Origin: Phoronis australis
Lineage: Eukaryota; Animalia; Phoronida
Length of the DNA stretch: 55,088 nucleotides
Assembly: GCA_002633005.1 (NCBI GenBank)
Contig: NMRA01001100.1
Coordinates: forward strand, 1-55,088
Direction of reading: 5' to 3'
Position numbers and translations under genes: made by a program. This document shows, piece after piece, positions 24,911 through 36,651 of this stretch. Position 1 is the stretch's first letter; every line of letters starts with the position of its first letter. The notes below the pieces were generated by a model that was not told the origin of the DNA, did not search any database, and saw only the letters and a list, made by a program, of their open reading frames with translations.

Positions 24911-25622
24911 GAGGTCAACTATCATTTCGTGGATGACAAATATTGAAATGGTGCACGGTTCTCTATATCATTAAGCGATGTCTAATCTTTGTAGGCCTAC
25001 TCGAAACTCAAAGAGGGTTTTTCAGATTTCCCACCTTTATTTATTTAAAGTACATAAAATCACCAATTTCATATCAAAATATCCAAAATAACGTCACCAG
25101 TCGATCAGGTATCAAATTTGAACCCCCTCAAACACCATCTGACGATATGTTCATTAGCCGATCTCGAGTTACGGTCATTTACATACTACGCAGATGGAGA
25201 CAACCAATCACAACATTAGTCATCCTCCATTGAAAAATAGGCCCCGCTGCTCGTTATCCTGTGGTTAATGGTGTAACAAAGAAATGCAATGTGTTGCGTT
25301 TGTGATGGTTGTGACAACTCAGCATTTTAACACGCTGCGACATTTTCATTTTCGCGCGGGACACTAGAGAAGTTCAGATATGACACAAGTTTGTACAAGA
25401 AAGTCGCTGGTCGGTGCACATCACACACCAGCGCTGGGTACGTTCATACGCCATGCTGGTGTCTGTGGTGCTAAAAACAGTCAATTGTTCCCGTATTTCT
25501 TCAATTTCCTCTTGTTTGGGATAATGAATTCGCGGTTGTCATGTGTAATGGTACAAACACATGTGCAGGTTTAATGGTGCTGGAAATGTAGTCACATGTT
25601 GATACAAAATAAATGGTGGTTT

Positions 25623-27853
25623 CATTCCCGTATCCAGCATTGCGCAGGGGTTGGTTCTAAATTCTTGATCGGTGGACATTTGATATTTTGCAAATGTCGA
25701 CACTGTGGAGTTTTCATTAATGCCCTCAGTTGACGCAGCTCAAGCAGGAGAAGGGGAAATTTGTATACACAACGGTGACTCTCAGCTTGATGTTTTTGAG
25801 ATGAGACGGAATTATTAATACCAGAGATGAGGATGCCGTTACGGTTGCTCGCAAAGAACGGGACTGAATTTGGATGTAATGTGGTCCAAAACGTTTTCGT
25901 GTTACGTCCTGCCAAATTTTCAAATCAGGCATCCTTAAGTGCGTGATTGCACTTACTCGGACAGCAATATGCAGTCGGAGAACAACTTGACGATTTTTTG
26001 TCTAGATATGTTCTTGCGTGTTACTTAAGTTGCTTACGTCATGGGAAACGATAACAGCCCACTACTCACCATTCGATTCGCCATTCCAAAGGTTCACTAC
26101 GTTGAAGAATCTCTACTACGAAACTATGTAACTTTTTCAACTCATGCGTTATTTTTACACTTTTACATGCAAACATGAATGATACGTCGGTTATTAGATA
26201 CACTGACTGGTGTACCTTCACCGAAACAACGTCCGTGTACTAAAATATTTTGTTTGGATTTCACGTGCACGCGAAATTACCCGTATGTCTTACAAACACG
26301 GAAAATGAGAACGTTATTGCATTTAAGAGAACATGGAGTGGAAATGTTGATGAATTATTAACCACTATACATTCAAATCCTGTCAAGGTCGCATCATTTC
26401 ACAGCGCGACTGGATAGTTTAGGGCCTGAACCTCACCCACCGGAGCCACGCACACGACCGGGTCGAAATTAAAATGTACACTGTAGTTGGCAAGCTACCC
26501 TGTCCCTGACAGACTTCAGGAAGCCAAAGAGGGCCATTCAGTCTTCTTAAATTTATAAACGTAGGTCGCCGCAGCCGTGAACCGTGCCCCACATGTTTTC
26601 CATGCTTGAGAATGAGTCATAATAGGTAGATTCAAGGATCACGTTTTGCCGTGATTGGAACTGAGCTCATTGGTAAACAATGTAATCCATAAGAATTATT
26701 CAACATTTGCACACCCTTTAAATGGTTACTAAATGGGCATAAATACAATACTTTATTCATGTCTGACTAATTAGCAGACAATCGGAGTAATGAGCTGGGT
26801 GGCTCAGTGGATTGATGTCCGGACTCTTGTTTGGGAGCTTGGGTTCGAATCCTGGCATCACTGGCTGACAATCGAGCGATGCACAAAGATGTCTCCGACT
26901 CCTCTGAGCTCGGTCTTACTAATTAGTATGTGAAAGGATGTGAACCTGGCTATAATGCGAAAGCGGCTCCTGGAGCTACTCTTACATTTAAGAAAAAAAA
27001 AAACTGTCGGAGCTCCAGGTTTGGAATTGTGGACATTCGAAGTAGTGAAGTTTCGAAGGTGACAATTAACTTTCGGAGTAGAAAACCTTCGGAATAGTTG
27101 CACCTAAACTTGGAAATCTTTTCATGAAGTTACAGTAGTTGCTCGTATGAAGTCTGTGAGGCTGTGTACCACTGACACTATTGACAAGAGAAGTCTATCT
27201 TCATTGACCAAAATTTTTATTGGGTCTAGACCTATTTTTCCCCAAAATATGAGCATGCTCGTCGGTGTTTTCTCTGTTCAAGAAAAAAACGGTTATTGTT
27301 AACTTATGGTTTTTGAGCAGCGACGGAGAGCTGCCTGTAGTTAACCTGCCGTCGGCTTCTAATGAATTTAAAAGGACGGAAACAAACACTCTTGTACACG
27401 CATATATGTCAAGCCACCAATTTACAGTCGAAGTGGACACTGGATGAAAACATAGTATTTGACTATCACCTCTCGCTGCTAAATTGCTTAGCTAGGTATA
27501 GCCATTTACTTCTAGACTCCATTGTAACCTTACGATATAACCACCACGTGTATTCAATGCCGATGAGTAACAAAAAGCATTCTGTAATCGTCTGCACGAT
27601 CCCGTCATCAACGGAAATACCACTCGGGTGCAGTTGGCTGAGTACTGCCCGATGAAAACGTGAGGCGATTTGAATCAGAAGCAAATTCAAAATTATCACT
27701 AACTCAGTTATCATTGTAGTTAGTAGTACCAGTAGCTGCAACAGTTTTGTTGTTGTCCATATGTATCCTATATTTAACGGATAGGATGGGGCTAGACCTT
27801 TTGCGCGGAGGGTGCTTCGATCGAACCCCTCGAATCCCCTGGCTACGGGCCTG
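25623..27853. mobile_element. 2.2-kb non-autonomous TIR transposon with a 5-bp TSD (GGTTT)
   Basis: Imperfect 15-bp TIRs cattcccgtatccag / ctggctacgggcctg (12/15 match); GGTTT at 25618-25622 and 27854-27858; empty site ggtggttttaaacac in unit 1 at about 23706. Confidence 0.8.
26792..27003 (+). mobile_element. tRNA-derived SINE
   Basis: A box TGGCTCAGTGG, B box GGTTCGAATCC, a non-tRNA body and an A-tail ending at 27003; nested in the TIR element. Confidence 0.75.
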
Positions 27854-28541
27854 GGTTTCAAACACTTTAAGTGAATGTTATTCTGTGCTCGAGTGAATTT
27901 CCAGTATATTCCAGTGGCGGACTCTAGAATAAACGCGAGAATTTATGTAAAATCTCCAAATTATGACTTCATACTAGTGCTTTAGTGATGATTAGAAGTA
28001 GTTCAATTTCGATTACAAAGATTCGACAAATGCGTTTGCTACCAAATCCATCAGTTTTGGCATTCCATACAGAGGCGTGTTAGTGACAAATGACCGACCA
28101 AAACGTCGTCCCAAAGTTAATAGCCCAGAGTTAGCTGTAAATAGACCGATACATTTTAGAAATTACGTTAATTCATTAGTAGCTCGATTATATAACCTAA
28201 TAATCAACTTTTTGCGGAACCACCAGGTGTGTCAGCGTTCACAGCCGTATTTTTACAGAAAAGAACGATGTTTGAAAACCATTAGATGGCGTTGTGGTAA
28301 TACCTTGGCAGTTCGTTAGAGGTTAATTAGTCTTCCATTGTTGTGTGTGTGTGTGTGTGTTTGTGTGTGTGTGTGAGTGTGCGCCAATGAAACACTGACT
28401 TTTTAACAAAACGGAGCCGCACGATTTTAGTGTTTTATTTTACAACTGCGTTTTGATACCAACTTGTTTTATACGTTTCCATTTCTGAGATTCCTATTTT
28501 AAGTGATTTAATCGTTCGATGTGGTTTTTGTTTCTTTGCAG

Positions 28542-28688
28542 CTGAATGCACGGACGTTGAACCCTCCACCTGCGAGAACTTAGTAAGACGCTGGTCATAC
28601 GAGCAACTATGCACCAACCAAACGACCTATTGGCGCTCCATGAGATCAAACTGTTTACGGACGTGCAATTTGTGTTACACTGCCCGAT
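28542..28688 (+). CDS. ShKT-domain exon 2
   Basis: tttctttgcag|xECTDVEPSTCENLVRRWSYEQLCTNQTTYWRSMRSNCLRTCNLCYTAR|gcaagt. Six Cys with the C-x-D start and CxxTCxxC end typical of ShKT; 147 nt, phase 1-1. Confidence 0.85.
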
Positions 28689-29883
28689 GCAAGTACATTA
28701 TAAGTACAGTAGTCGTAGAGAAGTAGGCCTGCGTGTAAACATAATGGGTTTTTTGTGCAGCGCTGTCAACACCCTGTATTTTCCGCTGACTAAAATTCTT
28801 TTGGAATACCTCAGGTGTTTTGGAAACCTCATATTTCAATGCTGCGGCCAATCGTAACTGTTATTTTTAAGTTAAAAATTGTTCTAGCTAGAAATTTTAA
28901 AATGGTCGTTTTAATCCAGGTTGTATGTTCATTCGACCCACTTGTAGCTCATTTCAATTTATTATTTTTATAACACTGAGCGCCAGTGAAAAGTGCTGTT
29001 TTAGAGCATTGCTTACAAGTCACCAATACGTCTGTAATGTCACCGGATGTTACAAGCGAAAAACTATCCCATAATGCATTTGCAAAACGGCCCCAGACAA
29101 TTGCTCGTTCTGCAGAATTCGTTGTACTTTCATATCCCAATTCAATAACTACAATAAAGTCATGACCACTCTACGAGTTACCCTAGATTAACTTGCTCTG
29201 GAGCAACTTGCTCCCGTTCTCCCAAGGGCTCTCACTACAGTATATCATTCACCACGCGACAAATACATGTGTGGCGCAAACTTGAGTAGACTATGGCACG
29301 TTTGTTACTGAATAAATGCACAGCGATCCTGAGTTCCGCAGACACAAAAATCTCGCAATGGAAACTAGGGTGGTCACATACTTCGTTCTTAAACCATGAC
29401 CATATCAGTGATCTTGCGTTTCCGTAAAATTGTTGCGTCCAAGGAACACACCCTGGTAATTGCTTTCACCTTATATGTATGGCCTGTATTCAAACTTAAG
29501 GCAAGTTAACCTAGAACAGTTTACACTACCTCAATAAGGTGATTGAACGTTACTATACGTGTGCTAAGATTCCCCTGCACAAATAACATCCAAATAGCTT
29601 ATGAAATTCAATACAGACCACTCATTCCAAGAGTAAGTTGTTCGGAGGTTACTCGTAGTTTATTTTTTCCATTAACAAAATGCAAGCAAAATTCTTGCTT
29701 TTTTCGAGCGGCCAAATTGACCAAAAACTATTATGAAGGATCGTATTCTAAATTTCGTGAAGATTTTTCGAGATAACTTTCGAGAGATAATGTGAGATAA
29801 TACTGAGATTTTGTTTAGATTTTTGTAGCCGCAAGACAGCTATTGAGCTCTGCCCAGATGTCATTTGCATTGCTATGTTACAG

Positions 29884-30258
29884 ACGTCAGAATGGATGTC
29901 AGCAACAGAATTGAAGGTTCTGTCGGAGGATCAGTCAAACTTGATTGCATGTACTATTCAGTTGGCTACCTGGCAGTGTACGATTATAATAAATGGTCGA
30001 TGAAAACTTCGGCGGTGGGGGAAAGGAAATTAGTATATGAAGAAGTACACGCAGCACGACGTACTAGAATTGGGGTAAGATATGGAGGCCGTGTTGAAAT
30101 TGAGAAAGTACACTTCGTCGACGAGTTTCAAAGACACACGTATGCTCTTAAACTAAACCGGTTAACTGAAGACGACGAGGGTCTTTATACCTGCGAAACC
30201 TTCACTGACCGGAGTGAGGTGGTGGAGAATTCCACGTGGCTGGAAATAGTAGACGAAC
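29884..30258 (+). CDS. Immunoglobulin V-set-like domain exon
   Basis: ttacag|xVRMDVSNRIEGSVGGSVKLDC...KW...YGGRV...YALKLNRLTEDDEGLYTC...WLEIVDE|gtgagt. B-strand Cys, C-strand Trp and DxGxYxC are present; 375 nt, phase 1-1. Confidence 0.9.
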
Positions 30259-30469
30259 GTGAGTATTGGAACATCCATAAGGGAATGGCATCAGATTTGT
30301 AAAAATGAGAACTGTACTGTCGGGTCACTTCTGCATTTTTCTTGGACTCACGAGATGCACAATTAATTTATGAAGATGACCCAAGAACAAATCAAACTTT
30401 CAAAAATGAAATCCGGAAACTTAGAGACTAGTCTATTTTAGTGTAAATTTCCATGTTACATATGCGTTT

Positions 30470-30706
30470 GTATACATATACATATACATATACATATACA
30501 AAAACATACATATATATACATATATATACATATATATATACATATACATACATATACATACATATATGTATGTATGTGTATACATATACATGTACATATA
30601 CATACATACATACATACATATACATATACATATACATACATATATACATATACATATACATATCCATACATACATATATACATACATATACATATATAAT
30701 TATATA

Positions 30707-30750
<44 letters not shown>
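30470..30750. repeat. (TATACA)n/(AT)n microsatellite
   Basis: Direct inspection; it explains the low-complexity YIY/MYV ORFs. Confidence 0.95.
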
Positions 30751-30752
<2 letters not shown>

Positions 30753-30769
30753 CTTGCTTCGACATATAT

Positions 30770-31089
30770 CCGATTGATAGTTTACGATGATTGGCCCTAG
30801 TAAAGGTTACTGGCAAGTCATTTTCGCCGAGGAATCACGGTCTAAGACCTCGTTTGTAGTTCCAAGTGGTGAAAGAAGTTCTTAAAGATTCCATTTGGTC
30901 CGGTAACTTTAGCAGTGACCTTCAACCGCATGGTGAGGAATATGTTGGCAGGAGCCCATAGAACAGGACATTATGTGGATGACATTCCGTGCCATAATAA
31001 CGTCTGGAGTGAACACCTTGCCACCTTGCGTGACACCAGCCAGAGTGTACGAGAGGCTGGACTAAAGATTCAGCCTACAATGTACCAAT
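30770..31089 (+). mobile_element. Gypsy-type RT relic, 5' part
   Basis: SKGYWQV...KTSFV, TFNRMVRNML...HYVDDI...HLATLR...GLKIQP; continues at 38570. Confidence 0.85.
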
Positions 31090-34000
31090 GGGGCTATTCG
31101 GAAAATCTACAATAACTAGAGGGCGCGCGTGTACTAGTGGTGATAGATTAACAGCCTCGATTTCCCGAGCCCTTTAAATACATGGTGAAATGGCTTGTAG
31201 CCGTGCCAAATGAATATGAGATTGCGTGAAAAGGGTGAGTCTATGAGAGGAAGTAAGCACGACCTTATAAAAAGGTAAGGCTTGTGATTATTTTAACGAT
31301 TATTCTATAATTATTCTACTGATGCCTGTTAACTGAGGTACTCTCCAATGTTGACTTCGAGGCAATCGCCAGTAGGGTTAATCTTTGTTTGTCGTCGTGA
31401 TATGTGTTACGACACCTGACGTAGCAATCGGGATCTTTTCGTACACCAAAGCATTATTATTGTTTGGAATGACTTCTAACAGTTTATCAGTGACAGTTAC
31501 ATCAATCAATGCTGAATGTTTATGCTGTCAACTCGATACAGGTTAAAGTGGCTTGGAACGTGAAAAACAGTATAAAATAAGAAAGAAAATGTTACTCATC
31601 TTGCATGAAACCTGTATCATATCGTTGCGTACAAGTTTTTTTTAGGTTTCGTAAATATAGTGAGTTTTAGATGACTTTGGAGTATTTTTCTTTACGTTTG
31701 AATGTTGACCAAAAAGACACGCTTTCGTGCTCGTCAAGTCCGACATTACAGTCCCAAAATGCATTGCGGTGCCTTATTTGGAAATGGCCTGATGACCTCA
31801 GTGAGGTGAAAAGTCGCCGAAAGCAAAACAGTGATGGCTGGTTTCGAAAGCACATCGACACCTCGATTGACTCAAAGAAGTCCCATTTCTGAAGTAAGTT
31901 ATCGATTTATTTGGTTTCTATGCTCTCCCAAGTATGATCTAATATACTTTTTGCCCAGGATTTCATTTACATGTATGTGCATTTCAAACGGAAAACGTTC
32001 TATTCATGTCTTATTGCTTAGTGAATAAAAATAGTCTGGCTCACCGATCAGCGTACGGTCAACATCGTAGACTATGTTGTGTATAATCTATAATAAACAT
32101 GAACAATAACATTTTGCTAAAAACATTTCAATGCATCGTGACTGTACGTAGGATTTATAACTAAAATGTATTTCGGGTGATTGTTAATTGTTACTACGTG
32201 ATGATTGCGTACAGGCCAAGGCCCCCCATGACTGGTGCAAGCAAAAATTACACAGCAACAGCATGAAGCGTGAGAAAATGTCGAGCCCAACGGTAGAATT
32301 CCGGAATACCAGGTCCGTATCGCCAACCCCCACAACATTCGAGCCACCTGTGCATACAATCGAGCTTTGCCCATTTCTCCGAGGTGTCATGTTGGGCCCC
32401 CTTGTGGTATCTTAGATCCGCCACTGGCGTATTCACCGTTTAGTAAGTGGCCGAGTAGTGCAAGTGCAGTTAGCTAAATCCTCAGCTGTTAGTGGTGTAA
32501 GAAAATGTAATCTGAATTTCACTGAAAACCTTCATTGAACTTTCTTGTTTACCAATCAAAAAAATCCCCCAAATATTCTGTCCCAGGGTTTTCTTGAATT
32601 CTGGGGCCAAATGCACCCAGTTGGCCCAAAGTACATGTAGTCAATGCATTTTAGCGTTCAACTGGCCAAGTGCAATGACTTGACCAACTTAGTAATTATA
32701 TTAAAATTATGCCTTAGTAATCACACTGTTATTTACAGTAATTCTAACCAATTACAAGGTGATTCACAGCGAATTTTTAACTAAAACTTTAAAATTGGGA
32801 AAATTAACTTTCTAATGCTAAATTTTGGTATCTTTTTGAACCTAAAACACAGTTTATCTCCTAATATCTCAAAAGCTGTTTACTCCAGTCATCTGATAAT
32901 TTACATTGTCATTACATGGAAAGATGTGATGATGATAAGTCACAGACACATATGTTCCAAGGACTGTTGGTAAATACATTGACCTAATTGTTCACCCAGT
33001 AATAGTTTGCAATATGCATCATAATGAACATTCTGTCACAACAGCATTCAAAAAGTTTTATTTTATCGAGCATCATCATGATCCAAATAATTTTGCTTTT
33101 TTTCAAAGCATGTTACACATTTTCACTGACTACATGTATAACTACAAGCACTTAGCAATTTATGGATTTGTACAAATCTGTGGTTTGCAATCAACTTCTG
33201 TTTTATTGAGCTGACCTCCACTTTTACATCTGACTACAATGAAACATCAATGATGTGTGGACTCATGGAAGGATACAAAGTTACATAATGCACGAAATAA
33301 GAGGTCCTTCCACTTGAGCAACATAACTGTGTTTAGAAAAAAAAAGACAGAATCAATCTACACACCTTTGGGCAAATGGAATGATAAATTGCTCTTCCAG
33401 CAAATTTGTCCCACTAAAAACATCAGAAATTGCAGCAACATTAATTGAAAATAATTTTATTTCTACTGTCCATGAAGCATCTTATTATCATTCCAGAGGA
33501 GAAAATAATAGAACATCTAGGTACTTTCATAGTTCATAACATTATTCATTGGCTACAACATCAGCCGCTGCACAGTTTCAATTGCACAGAACTTGTCTAA
33601 CACTTCACCTGCGGCTAGAGAACAAAGAACTGTCAAAAGTAGCATGTTATTGCACCAGCAATTGTAGGAGGTACTGAAAGTCAAGGCTTTGTCGCACTGG
33701 CTGAGCATAGAACAGACATTACGTTTTACGTTTTGTTTGAATGGACTTAATATGAGCATACAGTCAAGATTAATAAAGTGATGAACTCGAACCAGTGTTC
33801 AGTCTACCATTGCATCAAAATATTAGAACAGATCGATGACAACCTGCGCCCACCTATCCATATGGTAAAACGTGAAAAGAGCTTAGACTAACAGACTGGG
33901 GCTGAGATCTCACTAATGGAATGATCTCAGAAACAGAATTTTTTCACACATTACCAGTCCTGTTTGAAGCATTTGCTTTGGTTTGGAAATTACTCCCAAT

Positions 34001-34580
34001 GTTAGGCATGGCTTTTGACGAACTTTGAGACTATATGAAATTTAAAAGGCCTGTTTATTTCCATATGATATGTGGGAGAGCCATGAAAACAAGGAGAGGT
34101 GAAAGTGTAAGAGGAGGTAGATTAAGGAATTGGAAGTCAGTCGTTACAGCTACTCTAGGTCCAGCTTCAGTGACCCCAGCTCATCGTGGTCTGCAAGCTT
34201 ATGCATCTTATCAAGATGACGTACAGGTACTTTATCATGAATAACAAACACGTGAAAAAACAACTCAAAACTTCTAGTTCAGAGAATAATTTATGACTTG
34301 TGAATATATAGAATATCCAATATTTAACCTTCTATGTCATTTTACATTTTGAAGAAATAAAGAGCCATTGCAGTTTACACAGATTTTCATGTGGTTATCA
34401 TTTGTCTAATGATGCAAAATAAGATGTGACATCAACTTTTGAATAAAGTTTCATTTTTTTGTAGTGAGCTGAGCTTGTACCTAAGTGAATTATAAGAATA
34501 CAAGATGGGATAAATATCTCCTTTCCATAATTAGTGAAAAATCTCCCACGCTGATGAGATTTGAAAGGGAAAGGAGGGTG

Positions 34581-35478
34581 TCATAAAAACAATAACTTTG
34601 CTATCGTCCACTTCTGAGTGTGCACCAGCTGCAGCATGAATTCTGTGGACACCACTGAATCCTGTAGACAACGTGTCATCATAGTCTCCATAGCGGTACA
34701 TATTGATGGTATCTTCTGCAACTTCCTCCCCACCAAACTCTTCATCTCCAAATCCAACATCGCTAATATCCACATCATCAAGGATACTTTCTGGACTGCA
34801 ACAAGAGAAAGCGTGATGATCTTGCCCTTTAGAATTTCAAAAACGACACAGCACCTAGCTCCCGTAGGGCAGTTGAAGAACTACTAAGTAACAGGGCACG
34901 CATTATGTGCACTGGAGAACAGTTAAATACAGTTCGTTCAGAATTCAAATGCTTTATACATATAGCGTTTGATGACGCCTTACGATACCTTCTTTAGTCA
35001 TTTTGCAGGACCTAATGGTTAGTACTGTGAAAAGATTTCTGTCCTGTCAGGACTTCCAACCTGAGATTCATTGCTGTCCATGCACTGAGCTATTATGACC
35101 AATCGTCAGTAGAAGATATATTTCAATAAATACATTAACATTATCGACACTGAACAATGATGATGTATTTTTATTAAAAATTGGATAACTCATAATTTAA
35201 ATGTGTACACAATGGTTATGTTGCACTTACAGTTATCGTCCAGGTCATCGCATGCTAGGTCCTCAGAAACATCAATCAATAGCCTGTAATATAGAGAGTC
35301 AAAAATGTTCGAGTGTTTCTCTTTTAAAGTGTACACAACATGACTCTAGTACCTCAAAATAAATTTTATTATTTTATGTTACTTGATTTNGGCCACCATT
35401 CCCGTACGTTTCTTCATAGTATTCGTTCAATTCTTGCTCATAATCGTCGTCACGTTCAAATTCCCTGGTCTCCGCCAT
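34581..35478 (-). CDS. Putative small multi-exon gene of unknown function carried inside the transposon
   Basis: ATG at 35478 (MAETREFERDDDYEQELNEYYEETYGNGG, cut by an N at 35390). AG/GT-bounded exons at 35283-35231, 35024-34989, 34911-34855 and 34795-34581 join without stops. Confidence 0.35.
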
Positions 35479-36443
35479 TGTTCAACGCTAGTCACCGATC
35501 TCTTGTGTTCAACCCATGACGTCACATGGCGGGAAATGTGAGAATTGGCAAAATTGAAAGAAAAAGAAAAATTTCGAGCTAATTACACAAAATAAACATG
35601 GGTTTAGCTAAATTTTACGTCATGCATTTAGTCTGTGGCCACCGGTAATTCAAAATGTGCAAAAATCCATGGTATGTACTGTTTAAAGCATTGGTCAGTC
35701 TGTATATATTGGATTTCACCACATATCGCCTAACCACGATTAAGTTGTGATAAAAAAACAATCCATGTACCGCATGGTCTCTATATTTAGAACTCAGAAC
35801 ACAGATTTATGAAATTCTATCCAGAACACACACTTATGACTTGATGTCACAAATTTCATGGATTGTCTATGCTACTGATAAAAACTCCTCAAAATCCCAA
35901 TGTTGCCTTTGAATACAAACTTTTAAATTATACAGCAATCAACTTCAAAAAAGAAAAAAATGTCTAATTTGGTGCAAAGACATGTATGTGCAAATGCAAT
36001 CAGTGAATTCAACTCTGCCCACACTATTTTCAAATAAGTTGGGAATACCAATGTGTCACGTTAAAAACACAAATATGACAAGATTAGTTGCAGGATGACC
36101 TATAAAACCATACCTAATAGGCGGTATTTAGTCAAAAGGGTCACCAAAACTGCTACCCATCTCCTTTTTGATGTATTTACTTTTAGTTACATCTTTGCAA
36201 ATCACAAATATATACAGTGCATGAAAACAGAGTATGCAAAATTCAGTCATGCTTAGAAGAGAAACCTGTGCACATCATTTCTGACCATACCAGACATGTA
36301 GAAAAATCCATTTTATTGGAATATACCATGTAAAATATATGCACAAAATATTTCACAATTCAATCATCAGTTAGAACACTAAATAGTTTGTTGTCAAGAT
36401 AATTCATGAGCACTGACTAGTTCTCTCAAATTTTAAAGATCAG

Positions 36444-36651
36444 GGGCCTGTTCCAACAGAACTGACTTAGCTATGACAATTTTCAACTTTTAGTAAATTT
36501 TAGAATAAAGTTAAATTTGTCTCAAAACCAATTCAAGAAAGTGTTTGACATAAATTTGGCTTAACTTACCAAAATTGGAAGTTTCAAAGTTTGGAAGTTA
36601 AAGACAAATCTTAAGTCAAAAATGATCTTGTCAATTTCTTGGAACAGACTC
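36444..36651. mobile_element. PIF/Harbinger-type MITE with a CAG TSD
   Basis: TIRs gggcctgttccaa / ttggaacagactc; CAG at 36441-36443 and 36652-36654. Confidence 0.6.

Larger units (their letters stand above)
24910..28895 (+). repeat. ShKT tandem-duplication unit 2 (with a 2.2-kb insertion)
   Basis: Collinear with unit 1 apart from the 25623-27853 insertion. Confidence 0.9.

Noticed and set aside
26792-26866. Possible tRNA gene
   Set aside because: A and B boxes are present, but there is no convincing acceptor or anticodon stem, and it continues into a body and A-tail, so it is a SINE.
30428-30790. Overlapping Tyr/Ile/Met-rich ORFs (also at 51019-51441)
   Set aside because: Translations of microsatellites.
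31671-31893. Possible extra exon of the mosaic gene ending gaa|gtaagt
   Set aside because: It lies inside the inserted transposon, no acceptor gives a stop-free phase 1-1 exon, and no domain motif is recognisable.
32730-35690. Nested Kolobok-like element around the cargo gene
   Set aside because: The right end (tactgtttaa) is suggestive, but a matching left TIR and TTAA TSD could not be established.
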